A DNA stretch of 64,000 bases from Deltaproteobacteria bacterium (GTDB lineage Bacteria > Myxococcota_A > Polyangia > Fen-1088). The notes under the pieces were generated by a model. The model was not told the DNA's origin, did no database searches, and was given only the letters and a program-made list of their open reading frames with translations. A program made the translations under genes and the position numbers. The stretch spans positions 583 to 64,582 of the forward strand of contig JAFGPX010000115.1 in assembly GCA_016935975.1 (NCBI GenBank). Direction: 5' to 3'. Positions 42,324 through 51,797 of this stretch are shown piece after piece (within the stretch, counting starts at the first letter, position 1; each line of letters opens with the position of its first letter).

Positions 42324-43994
42324 TCAGTCCCTCTCGAACTGCACGCCGACGTCGATGAACCAGTTCTCGCTCTGGCTCTTGTCCGCGGGTGCCCAGGCCT
42401 TGATGGCGTCCTCGGCAACGACCGAGCGGCCGGAGCCGTCGCGGATGCGCAGGGTGACGGGCAGCTCGAAAGGCCCCTTGCCCTGCGGCAGCGCCCAGGT
42501 CCCGTAGCGCTCCTGCGGCCGCGACAAGCTGTAGTTCTGGTCGCGTTGCAGCGCCACCCATTCGCCGCTCGGCAGCTGCGCCTCGATCTGGGCGGCGGCG
42601 CCCAGGCCGGCCATGTTGACCACGGTGAGCGCGAAGTAGTACTCGTTGGCGTTGGGCCGCAGCCAGATGTGGATGTTGCCCACGACGGGACAGGGGACAC
42701 GCCGGTATTTCGTCGGAATCACGCCGTCGGTGATAGTGCCGTTGGCAGCGCCGGTCTGGAGCCTCGCCATGGCGATGTCGTCGAGGTCCAAGTGGATGCT
42801 CTCCTCGGGCAGGGGATCATGGTCGGGCGGCGGCGGCGGCTCCGGCGGGAGCTGGCAACCGTACTTGAACTCGCCTTTGACTTCGCCGCAGTGGTCACGC
42901 CCGGAGCCGCAACACCACTTGGAATTGGCCGAGCAGGGACACGAGTCGGCGATCTGCAGCACGATCGAGGGCGTGTACCCGGCCGCGCCCGGCGCGTACT
43001 CGCTGCCATCGTTCTGCGTGCGCATCACCTCGAAGCACTCGCCACACGACAGGTAGTTGTCGAGATCCCCGGGCAAGCTCGACCAGAACTGCGTGTAGTA
43101 GTTGCCCTGCGGCGCCGCGAAGTTGCCGCGCAGGGTGATGCCTTCCGGATCCCGGCACAGGTCGGGATAGGCCTCGCAGAACGCGTCGCACCTGGCTTGC
43201 AGGGCCGTGTCCGCCAGTTGCACCGCGGACGAGCAGAGACCGTAGAGCCCGAAGGCACAGGCGCCCATGGGGGCGGTGCCGAAGTGGGTCGAGCGCGAGT
43301 GGTGCCAGGGCTCGTCGTCCGTGACCTCGTGCACCTCCGGCCATTGCCCCGAGGTGCATGCCTTGGCGTTGACGACCTCGCACTTGGCCGAGCCGGGCCC
43401 GCCGCACTCGTCGCAGTTCTCGGAACGATCGTCGTCGCTGCAGTACTGGGCGCAGCACACGCCTTCGGTCATGGCCCAAGCCCCGCACGAGTCCGGACTG
43501 CCATTCGGCCGCGAGGCCTGCTGGCGCGGCTCCCCGCCGGCCGCGTCGGGACCGGCCGCGTCGCCGTTCCCGATCGGCACATCTGCGTTCGGTCCGTCGG
43601 CCGCCGCGTCGGGGTTGCCGGTCGAGGTCGACGCCCCTCCCGAGCCTCCCCGGGCCTCTGCGCCGCCGCTTGCCGGTGCGCCACCCGAGCCCGTGATGCC
43701 GCCTGCTCCTTGCCCGCCCGCGCTCGTCTGCGAACCACCCGACGCCTGTGCGCCACCCGACGCCTGTGCGCCACCCGATCCGCGCGTGCCGCCGGAGCCT
43801 GGCGCGCCACCGGATGCTTGCCGGCCGGCCGAGCCCGATGCGCCGCCCGAGACCTGCGCGCCGCCGCTGCCTGGCGCGCCGGCCGCTCCTCCTGCGCCGC
43901 CCGAGCCAGAGGAGCCGCGCGAGCCTGCGCCGCAACCGGCCGCGAGCGCCAGCGACAGAAGCAGCGTGAAGCGCAGAGACGCCGATTTTGCCAT
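42324..43994 (-). CDS. secreted lipoprotein with a Gly/Ser/Ala linker and an expansin-like DPBB domain plus a C-terminal beta-sandwich (EXLX-like)
   Basis: The lipobox signal is MAKSASLRFTLLLSLALAAGC. GACAFGLYGL resembles the expansin GACGYGNL motif, and a Cys-rich DPBB region follows. Confidence 0.6.
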   Translation of the reverse strand: MAKSASLRFTLLLSLALAAGCGAGSRGSSGSGGAGGAAGAPGSGGAQVSGGASGSAGRQASGGAPGSGGTRGSGGAQASGGAQASGGSQTSAGGQGAGGITGSGGAPASGGAEARGGSGGASTSTGNPDAAADGPNADVPIGNGDAAGPDAAGGEPRQQASRPNGSPDSCGAWAMTEGVCCAQYCSDDDRSENCDECGGPGSAKCEVVNAKACTSGQWPEVHEVTDDEPWHHSRSTHFGTAPMGACAFGLYGLCSSAVQLADTALQARCDAFCEAYPDLCRDPEGITLRGNFAAPQGNYYTQFWSSLPGDLDNYLSCGECFEVMRTQNDGSEYAPGAAGYTPSIVLQIADSCPCSANSKWCCGSGRDHCGEVKGEFKYGCQLPPEPPPPPDHDPLPEESIHLDLDDIAMARLQTGAANGTITDGVIPTKYRRVPCPVVGNIHIWLRPNANEYYFALTVVNMAGLGAAAQIEAQLPSGEWVALQRDQNYSLSRPQERYGTWALPQGKGPFELPVTLRIRDGSGRSVVAEDAIKAWAPADKSQSENWFIDVGVQFERD

Positions 43995-44284
43995 TGTCGC
44001 CAAGTCTACCCCGCTCGGGGCCATCTGAGCGCGCGGCCATCTTCGCGCGAGCGGCATCGATGCCAGGTGGCAAGACAGAAACCGCCGCCGCAGACGCGGG
44101 GCAGAAACCCGATCAATCCCCGGTCGTTCTTGCACGATGGCACGAGCGCCGCGGCCCCAACGAATGCGATCACACACCCTCTGCATGCCAGGTTTCGTCG
44201 TCGCAGCGAGTGGTTTCCGGGTTTCCCATCCCCTTCTGCTGTGGTGTACTACAGGTTTGTCAGGTCACGATTCTCGGAGGTCCC

Positions 44285-45241
44285 ATGCGGTTGTTCTCGG
44301 TCTTTGCCGTCCTTGGCTTCTTCGCGGTTTCTTGCGCCAAGGATCCCGTGTTCGATCCGGGGGCCGGAGGGGCGACGGGCAGCGGCGGCAAGACCGCCAG
44401 CGGCGGCGCCTCGGGCAGCGGTGGCAAGTCCGGCAGCGGCGGCGTCAAGGGCACCGGCGGCAGGACCGGCTCGGGCGGCAGCTCGCAACCAGTCACCGGC
44501 GAATGCACCGACGTTTCGAGCTATGCCAGCCTGGTCACCGGGCAGTACGGCGCCGACACCATCGATCTCGACGGCAACTCGGGCAAGAACTACTGGATGA
44601 TCGCCAACTGGTGGGGCAAGTACGACGGCCAGACCGAAAACATCAACGGCGTGGGCTTCACCCTGTCGAACCCGAAGAACGTCTCCAGCACCAGCAACAA
44701 CCCCATCGGCTTCCCGACCATCTACATCGGCAACTACCAGGGCAAAGGCACCAAGGGCAGCAACCTGCCCAAGCAACTCTCCTCGCTGACCAGCGTGCCC
44801 ACCATCCTCTCCACCAATGCGGACAGCAAGGGCACTTCCAACTACAACGTGGCCTACGATGTGTGGCTGAGCGCCTCCAGCGGCGGGGTCAGCGGCACGA
44901 ACCCCGGCGCGGGCGGCGCCTACGTCATGGTCTGGCTCTTCATGCCCTCCGACCGGCAGCCCCGAGGCAGGGCCCTGGCCAATGGCCGGGTCATCCAGGG
45001 GGTGTCCGGCGGCTGGAGCGTCTGGGTGGACACGACGGATCCGTCCTGTGTCTCGTACGTCGCGGACGACAATCTGGCGTCGCTCGAATTCGACCTGAAC
45101 GCCTTCCTCAAGGACGCAGTCGCCAACAAGTACGGCAATGTCACCGCGAACCAGTATCTGAGCATCATTTTCGCCGGTTTCGAGGTGTGGGGCGGCGGCG
45201 ACGGCCTGCAGATCAAGCGGTTCTGCGCGAACGTCAAGTAG
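44285..45241 (+). CDS. secreted lipoprotein with a GH12-like (endoglucanase-type) beta-jelly-roll domain
   Basis: The signal is MRLFSVFAVLGFFAVSC, with GGAGG located 7 nt upstream. YVMVWLF and AGFEVWGG resemble the GH12 YELMIWL/GTE motifs. The nucleophile position is not obviously conserved. Confidence 0.55.
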   Translation: MRLFSVFAVLGFFAVSCAKDPVFDPGAGGATGSGGKTASGGASGSGGKSGSGGVKGTGGRTGSGGSSQPVTGECTDVSSYASLVTGQYGADTIDLDGNSGKNYWMIANWWGKYDGQTENINGVGFTLSNPKNVSSTSNNPIGFPTIYIGNYQGKGTKGSNLPKQLSSLTSVPTILSTNADSKGTSNYNVAYDVWLSASSGGVSGTNPGAGGAYVMVWLFMPSDRQPRGRALANGRVIQGVSGGWSVWVDTTDPSCVSYVADDNLASLEFDLNAFLKDAVANKYGNVTANQYLSIIFAGFEVWGGGDGLQIKRFCANVK

Positions 45242-45243
45242 CT

Positions 45244-46032
45244 TCAGAACCTGCCGGCGCAGGCGAGGCCGGCGAGCGCCGGCGCGCAGCTCACGGCAAC
45301 GCCGGTTGGCTGTGGGGCTTGCGCTGACGGCTTGTCCGTCAGCCAGAAGGTGACGGCCAGGCCGGCGGCGACCGCCGCCGCGGAGTAGCCCGCGATGGCA
45401 ACGATCTGCGCGGTGTCGGCGGAGTCGGCTAGGCTCTTGCATCGGCCGGTGTCTTCGGCGCCGCCGCAAGTCGGGTCGTCGTTGTAGTCGCTGTTCTTGC
45501 CGTAGTAGATCGCGTGCCCGGCCACGCCGAGCCCCAAGAAGGCGACCGCGGCGCCCGTCGCCACCCACTTGGCGGTGCGCTGCCAGGGCCGGATCTCGGG
45601 GGCGGGCGCCGGCGCTTGCGCCACGATCTGGGCCGGCGGTGGCGCGAGCGGCGGGGTCGGCGGCGGGGCTGGCGGCGGCGGCGCGGACGGCTGGCTCTTG
45701 GCGATAGCCGCCTCGCAGTCGGCGATGTGCTGTTCCACCTCTTCCCTGACCTTGGCGGAGAGCTTGGGAGCTTTGCGCAGGTACTCCCGAAAACGCTCGG
45801 CCGCCTCGACGTAGCGCACGTTCTGCTCGTAGCAGCGCCCCTGGTTGTAGAGGTACGTGGCATCCCCGGTATCCACATACAGCTCGGCCAGGATGCCAAC
45901 CCCTTTGACGTAGTCGCCGGAGAGGCACGCTTTCTTCGCCTGACGGTCGAGCACCGCGGGCCTGGCGGCGAAGGCGGCCCGGGGGGCCAGCACGCTGGCC
46001 GAAAGAGCCAAGAGGATCAGCATTCGACGCAT
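45244..46032 (-). CDS. secreted/membrane hypothetical protein with a TPR-like N-domain, a Pro-rich linker and a C-terminal transmembrane segment
   Basis: It has a signal peptide (MRRMLILLALSASVLAPRAAFA), a PPPAPPPTPPLAPPP linker, and a hydrophobic C-terminal stretch. Confidence 0.5.
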   Translation of the reverse strand: MRRMLILLALSASVLAPRAAFAARPAVLDRQAKKACLSGDYVKGVGILAELYVDTGDATYLYNQGRCYEQNVRYVEAAERFREYLRKAPKLSAKVREEVEQHIADCEAAIAKSQPSAPPPPAPPPTPPLAPPPAQIVAQAPAPAPEIRPWQRTAKWVATGAAVAFLGLGVAGHAIYYGKNSDYNDDPTCGGAEDTGRCKSLADSADTAQIVAIAGYSAAAVAAGLAVTFWLTDKPSAQAPQPTGVAVSCAPALAGLACAGRF

Positions 46033-46338
46033 GGCAAACCTTCCCGAGGGAATGAGGGATCGGAAGCAACGCTATACCAGTTCCGCGCCGCGAGAAAGGA
46101 CCGCGGCGGCAAGGCGCCGGGCTCGGCACATGCGAGTCGTCGCAATCAACATCACTGCCAGCAGCAACCCCAACGTAGTCTTCGAACTCATGCACTTCTC
46201 CTCCGGGCGTAGCCCTTGGCGGATGCTCCCCCGTTTCAGAGCCCTTGGCAGGACTGGCGAGCCGCTACCCAGGAAAGCAAACGCTCCAACGGGAGATCCC
46301 GCCGGAACGCATGATTGCTGGTCCGGACGGCCTGGTAT

Positions 46339-47148
46339 CTACTTGATGAAGTAGACGTCGTCGAGCCAGAGCTCGAAGTCGTTCTGCGTGGCCTTGCCGT
46401 CGACGTAGGTTGCATTCACCTGGATGGCCATGGCGGTCAGGTGCTCCAAGTCTACCTTGTCGGCCTCGGTGTGGAATCCGGGGTTGTATTGATCTTGCTG
46501 GGTGTCCTCGAAGAAGATGTCGAACTGCTTCCACTCGGTGTCGATCTGGTAGCTCTCGTACTTGGGGAACTTGCCGTTGGCGTCAGCGAATTTCACCAGG
46601 TACGGACTGCAGTTGTTGGTCGCCCCGGTGATGTAGGCGCACGGGAAGATCTCCGAATTGAGCGCGTTGGGGTTGCCCTTGGCATCGGTGTAGATGTCGG
46701 GGAAGCTGACTTGGACGCCCGTCAGCGCGGCTCCTGCCTTGGCCCAGAAAGACACACCCTTGTACTTCGAGGCGTTGTACGTGCCCTTGAAGTCCCCCTC
46801 CTTGGGCGCGAAGTCCGTGCCCATGGCCGCTCCCCATGTGCCGAAGCCGGAAGCCTTGGTGTGGAACGAGCCGGGGCCCGAGCCGTTGGGATTCCCGTTG
46901 TCTGGATCGGTCGGATAGGCATCCTCGCCCACCTTGGGCGGATCGAAGGTCCCCTTGTCATCACCGTAGACGTAGAAGCCGCCCTGTCGGCCGTCGGCAG
47001 GGTTGAGACCGTTGTCCTTGGTAAAATCGGCAATCAGCTCGTCCGGGACACTGCCTCCAGGGGTCGAGGTATCTCCACCGCAACCCATGACAAGTACGGC
47101 CGATGCGGCAGCGGCAAGAGACAGAGAATAGGCAAGGGAGTGCTTCAT
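46339..47148 (-). CDS. lipoprotein consisting only of a carbohydrate-binding-module-like domain, homologous to the N-domain of the adjacent GH8 enzyme
   Basis: The lipobox is LVMGC. ELIADFTKDNG...GGFYVYGDD...ELWLDDVYFIK is parallel to the GH8 N-domain DMISDFENTPG...GYWYVYFPG...DLWIDDVAFTKD. Confidence 0.65.
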   Translation of the reverse strand: MKHSLAYSLSLAAAASAVLVMGCGGDTSTPGGSVPDELIADFTKDNGLNPADGRQGGFYVYGDDKGTFDPPKVGEDAYPTDPDNGNPNGSGPGSFHTKASGFGTWGAAMGTDFAPKEGDFKGTYNASKYKGVSFWAKAGAALTGVQVSFPDIYTDAKGNPNALNSEIFPCAYITGATNNCSPYLVKFADANGKFPKYESYQIDTEWKQFDIFFEDTQQDQYNPGFHTEADKVDLEHLTAMAIQVNATYVDGKATQNDFELWLDDVYFIK

Positions 47149-47211
47149 CAATCAATCCACCGTTGGTTGTCGTGCGCCATTCTTCGATATCGCAGACGTC
47201 TCGCCTCGTCC

Positions 47212-49656
47212 CTACTGATGGCTGAAGGCACCGGTCATGATCAGTGCCGTAAGCAGACCCACCGTGGCGTTGTAGTAGGAGTACGGCGTCTTCTTGGAGG
47301 TGTCCTTGGTATCGGTGCTGAGCGTGGTGCGCGTGATGAGATCGAAGACCGCCTGGTAGGCGTCGTTGATGAATGCCTGGTTGCTGCCGTCGGCCATGGC
47401 GCCGACCGCCGCCGTGCCGATGATGGAGGCGGAGTTGTTCTGCGGCGTGGGATTGGCGGCGGCGGCGTTGTTCGTGGCGGGGTCGTACATGTCGAAGATC
47501 CTGCTGACGCCGTTCTGACCGGCGTTCGCATTCGTCGCAAAGAACTTGGTGGTCTTGGCGACGTAGGTCTTCGCCTCGGCCCGGTTGTTGTAGCAGTAGT
47601 CCATGCCGATGCGCATCGGAATGCGGTGCGAGTCGTACTGGTAGAACTTGTCGTTGTCGTCCGCGTTGCGGCCAATGGCCGAACAGTTGTTGCTGCACCA
47701 CGCGGCGTACAGTCCGTTGGAGTTCGTGCCAACCAGGTCGGTATTGAGCGCCTTGTAGACGGCCGCGATCACGCCATCCCAGTCGTTCGAGTCGCCGGCG
47801 GCCTTGAAGGCCGCGTACATCGAGGGAGCGAAGTAGGAGGGGTTCGTGACTTGCCCCGAAGTGGATGAGTAGTTGCTGCCGCCCGTGGGCAACTTCGACG
47901 ACTTGTCGATGTCCTTCGCCCAGATCGAGCTGATCATGCTCATAGCGTCGGACTTGTAGCTGCCGCCGCCGAACACCTTGTCGGCCTGCAGAAGCGCGAA
48001 GGCCGCGTCCTCGTCCGCATCGGTGGCCGAACCTCCCGAGGCACTGCAGCTGCCGGATCCTGCCGGAATACACCACGTCATCAGGCCGCCGCCGGCATCG
48101 TGGCTCTTCCAGTAGCTATACAACTGGTCGAAAAGCTCCTTGTCGTTCATGCTGACCGCGATCATCATGCCGTAGGCAATACCCTCGGAAACCGTGTCGT
48201 TGCCATTCTCGGGGCGGATGACCTTGCCGCCGCTGACGAAGGTCTTCTTCCACATGTTGTACGCGGGAACGAGGTACTCCGCTCGTGCCGACGGGCCCTG
48301 TGGCGGCTTGCAGGAGCCAAGACCGCCGGCATTGTCCAGCGGGAATCCCTCACGGGTCTGGATCCCAGTGTCGTCCTTGGTGAAGGCCACGTCGTCAATC
48401 CACAGATCGAAGGTGCCTGGCGTCGCGCCTGAGATGGTCGGCCAGCCGTTCTCCGTGGCATAGAAGGAGAACTGGATGCCGAGGACATCCGTGAGCACCG
48501 CGCCTGGCGGCTGACACTTGGTGGTCGCCGAAGCGGTGGAGGTGCAGGTGGCAGAGTCGCAAAGATGCCGCGGGACCAGGTAGCCAAACGGGATCGTCAC
48601 CTGCTGCCACGAGGTCGAGAGGGCCGTCGGCAGCCAGGGCGTGTGCAGCATGTAACCGCGGGAGTTGTAGAGACCAATGGACCGGTCGGGGCCGGAGCTG
48701 GTATCGGGGTTCAAGTTGCCACCAGCCGTCGTGGGCTGGTTCTGCTTGGTCAGCAACTCGAAGAAAACAGGGGGAAGCGTGCCGCTACCCGACTTGATCT
48801 TGAAGGTTATGCCGGTGTACGCACTGACGTCGTACGCATCACTCTTCTTGTCGTACGGGTCATGGGGCTTGAAGGCAGCGCCTGTGCCAGCGTAGTCCTT
48901 GCCGCTGTCTTTGATGCCGGAGCCCTTGACGTGAAGCGCGTTCCCACTGTCCGACTTCTCGCTCGCGATCGGGGCGCCGTTGTTGAGGGCCGGGCTCATC
49001 GTCATGGGGCTGGCAGGGGATGAACTCGAGTCCGAGCCCGGGAAGTACACGTACCAGTACCCAGTCCGCCCGTCGGTCTTGATCATGTCGGCCTTGCCGG
49101 GGGTGTTCTCGAAATCGGAGATCATGTCGCCACTGGCCGTGCTGCCGCCGCTGCCGCCATCGCCGCCGCCCGAACCGCCACTGCTCTGACCGCCGCCCGA
49201 GCCGCCATCGCCGCCGCCCGAGCCGCCGCTGTTGCCACCCGAGCCGCCCCTCGCGGTTCCGCCCGAGCCGGCCTGGCCGCCGCTGCCACCGCCCGAGCCG
49301 CCCCTCGCGGTCCCGCCCGAGCCAGCCGAGCCGCCCGAGCCGCCCCTCGCCGAGGAGCCGCCCGAGCCGCCGCTGTTGCCACCGGAGCCACCCTTGACCG
49401 ACGAGCCGCCGCTGCCACCGCTGCTACCACCCGAGCCACCCCTCGCCGAGGAGCCACCGGAGCCACCGCTGTTGCCGCCCGAGCCGCCTTTGACCGAAGA
49501 GCCGCCGGATCCGCCACTCTCCCCAGAGCTGCCACCGCTCGCTCCGCCGTTGTTGGCGCTACTCGTTCCGCCAGTCTGCTGGCAGCCCGCAAACGGGGAC
49601 GAGAAAACGAGCCCAAGGGTCAACGGCAGAAACAGAGAGCGTACTTTGCGGTGCAT
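47212..49656 (-). CDS. GH8 glycoside hydrolase (endoglucanase/chitosanase type) with an N-terminal CBM-like domain and a Gly/Ser tandem-repeat linker
   Basis: The GH8 signatures TVSEGIAYGMMIAV and YQYDSHRIPMRIGMDY are present. An AAGGAG ribosome-binding site lies 8 nt before the ATG at 49656. The lipobox is PFAGC. Confidence 0.8.
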   Translation of the reverse strand: MHRKVRSLFLPLTLGLVFSSPFAGCQQTGGTSSANNGGASGGSSGESGGSGGSSVKGGSGGNSGGSGGSSARGGSGGSSGGSGGSSVKGGSGGNSGGSGGSSARGGSGGSAGSGGTARGGSGGGSGGQAGSGGTARGGSGGNSGGSGGGDGGSGGGQSSGGSGGGDGGSGGSTASGDMISDFENTPGKADMIKTDGRTGYWYVYFPGSDSSSSPASPMTMSPALNNGAPIASEKSDSGNALHVKGSGIKDSGKDYAGTGAAFKPHDPYDKKSDAYDVSAYTGITFKIKSGSGTLPPVFFELLTKQNQPTTAGGNLNPDTSSGPDRSIGLYNSRGYMLHTPWLPTALSTSWQQVTIPFGYLVPRHLCDSATCTSTASATTKCQPPGAVLTDVLGIQFSFYATENGWPTISGATPGTFDLWIDDVAFTKDDTGIQTREGFPLDNAGGLGSCKPPQGPSARAEYLVPAYNMWKKTFVSGGKVIRPENGNDTVSEGIAYGMMIAVSMNDKELFDQLYSYWKSHDAGGGLMTWCIPAGSGSCSASGGSATDADEDAAFALLQADKVFGGGSYKSDAMSMISSIWAKDIDKSSKLPTGGSNYSSTSGQVTNPSYFAPSMYAAFKAAGDSNDWDGVIAAVYKALNTDLVGTNSNGLYAAWCSNNCSAIGRNADDNDKFYQYDSHRIPMRIGMDYCYNNRAEAKTYVAKTTKFFATNANAGQNGVSRIFDMYDPATNNAAAANPTPQNNSASIIGTAAVGAMADGSNQAFINDAYQAVFDLITRTTLSTDTKDTSKKTPYSYYNATVGLLTALIMTGAFSHQ

Positions 49657-50049
49657 CACAATTTCTCCTTCCGGGGGTGAATACCGGAGTCGACGGCGCA
49701 ACGACTCACCAGGGCGGGTGCCCGACGGTCGCTTTCATTTGCTAGGAGCCACGCGAGCATAACAGCCATCAACTCAAAAACGAGTAGTACAAAAACCTAC
49801 GCCGCGCCATTTCCTTGCGGCGCTGGCGCGATTTGACAAGACCTTCTTCATCCTCGATCTCGCTCGTCGGTTTCGGCCTGGAAGACTCCTTCACCTGCTT
49901 TGGGGCGCACGCCGGGATCTTCCGTCAGGGTTACGCGGTCTGCGGGAGAAGCCAGGCGTTGGCCGCGTGATCCGCGGCACGATGGCGTAGAGCGCTCCGA
50001 TCCTGGTCCTCTCCTACCTCGCTCCGCTCTTGGGGCGAGATGAAAGCGT

Positions 50050-51735
50050 CTAGAACAGATACATCAGGCGGAGGCGGCCGCTGTACATGGAGTTGCTCCA
50101 CACGTCGATACTCTGGTCGGAGGCCACGAAATCGGCGCGCGCGTAGCCGATCACGGCCCTGATGTAGAGCTGCCCGGCGAGCAGGTACTGGACCGCGCCA
50201 AAGGCCTGCATGTGCGCGGTGTAGTCAGGGCTCGGGGAGTCGCCCTGATAGTAGAATTTGTTGTTTTGCCAGGTGAAGTTGACACCGCCACCTAGCAGCC
50301 AAGAGCCGCCGAGACGCAGGTTTCCGAAGCCGCCGACGCTGTTCCTGCTGAAGCTGTCCTTCGGTTTCTCGTCCCCGGTGTCCGGGTTCTCGTGATTGTC
50401 CTGCCAGCCGAATGCGAAGTTGCCGCCGAATTCGGCCCACGGGTCGATGACGAACTGCACACCGCCACCAACGCCCTTGCGGCTCCGCCACGCCTTGCTG
50501 TCTTGCTTGCTGCCCGTGCTGGCATCGATGTATTGCGTGTCGCCGGCCCGCTTCTCGTACTCGGCGCCGACCTTCACCTTCACCCATCCCTGGTCGAGAA
50601 TGAAGCTGGGCCGGCCCCCGAGGTAGGTGTAGCCCTGGCTGGTGTTGTCGTCCGCACCCAGCTCGCCGAGAACCTCGAAGCGTAGGTTTTGCGAGGGATA
50701 GGCGTGGAACGCCAGGTAGCCCACGCCGAGTCCGGCCGTGGGCCGGTCGTGAAGCCAGTTCATCCCGTAGAAGTCCGGCGCCTGCAAATCGGCCGGCGGC
50801 GTGAAACCCAGATTGTGGGCGCCCAGCCGCTCTTGGGTGTTGATGTCCAGGCCCATGCCCGTGTGGTACAGCTCCCAGGCCTCGAAACGGCCGACCTTGA
50901 GATCCCACGCGTTCCACTGCCCAACCCGGATCCACAGGTCGTCGGTGTCGACCGTGCTCTTGTTGATGCACACCATGCTCGACGCCTGGCACACGTTGCC
51001 CACCAGCTCGACCTGGCCCTGGATGAAGAACCGGCCGTTGGTGTAGGTCGGGGTCACGCGCAGCACGGCACGGCCCTGCTGCAAATACATCGACGTGCCC
51101 ACTAGACTCGGGTCATCGCGACTGATCTGCTCGTAACCGCTGTCCACCCAGAAGACGCCCGAGACGCCAAGTCCGGATTTCGCCATGTAGGGCCATTGCA
51201 GGCCGTGGAAAGACGGCTCGAGCCACATCGATCCGCCGTGAAGGCCGCGCAGCTTCCCAGGATAGGAGTCCGGCCCGAGGTGCTCGACGTACAGGGGCAT
51301 GGGCTCGGGCGGCGGAGGGGGCGGCTCCTCGACGACCGGAGGCGTAGCCTCGGGGACGGCCGTTGGCTCGCTGCTGCTGGCCGCAGGCGGAGTCTCTTTC
51401 TTGGGCTCTTCGGACGTCGACGCGCTCGGGGACGGCTCGGCCGGCTTTGCCTTGGTGTCGGCCGCTGGTGTGGCGGGCGATGCCTCCGACGAAGGCAGCG
51501 ACGGAACCTCGTAGGGCGTCGCGGCCGCGCTCGGCTTGCTATCCGAGGACGAGCTCGTGTCGGCCTTGGCCTTGCTCGCCGACTTGGCCGCAGACTTGGC
51601 CTTGGCCGACCTGGCGGCCTTGGCACCCTTGCCCGACTTGGCAGCCCCCTCCGCGAAGCGCGGCAACAGCAACACCGCCGGCAGCAGGGCAAGAGCGACA
51701 AAACACAGAGAGTATCCGGCGGGTCTTGACTTCAT
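50050..51735 (-). CDS. outer-membrane beta-barrel protein with a Lys/Ala-rich N-terminus and a Pro/Thr/Glu-rich linker
   Basis: A signal peptide is present. The C-terminal 400 aa has alternating amphipathic strands rich in Gly/Tyr/Trp and ends in ...LRLMYLF. Confidence 0.6.
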   Translation of the reverse strand: MKSRPAGYSLCFVALALLPAVLLLPRFAEGAAKSGKGAKAARSAKAKSAAKSASKAKADTSSSSDSKPSAAATPYEVPSLPSSEASPATPAADTKAKPAEPSPSASTSEEPKKETPPAASSSEPTAVPEATPPVVEEPPPPPPEPMPLYVEHLGPDSYPGKLRGLHGGSMWLEPSFHGLQWPYMAKSGLGVSGVFWVDSGYEQISRDDPSLVGTSMYLQQGRAVLRVTPTYTNGRFFIQGQVELVGNVCQASSMVCINKSTVDTDDLWIRVGQWNAWDLKVGRFEAWELYHTGMGLDINTQERLGAHNLGFTPPADLQAPDFYGMNWLHDRPTAGLGVGYLAFHAYPSQNLRFEVLGELGADDNTSQGYTYLGGRPSFILDQGWVKVKVGAEYEKRAGDTQYIDASTGSKQDSKAWRSRKGVGGGVQFVIDPWAEFGGNFAFGWQDNHENPDTGDEKPKDSFSRNSVGGFGNLRLGGSWLLGGGVNFTWQNNKFYYQGDSPSPDYTAHMQAFGAVQYLLAGQLYIRAVIGYARADFVASDQSIDVWSNSMYSGRLRLMYLF

Positions 51736-51797
51736 GGCGGCCTATCCAACGCGAAACCAACGTACAGGTCAAGGCCGGGTTTCGCTGCAAATGCCCA

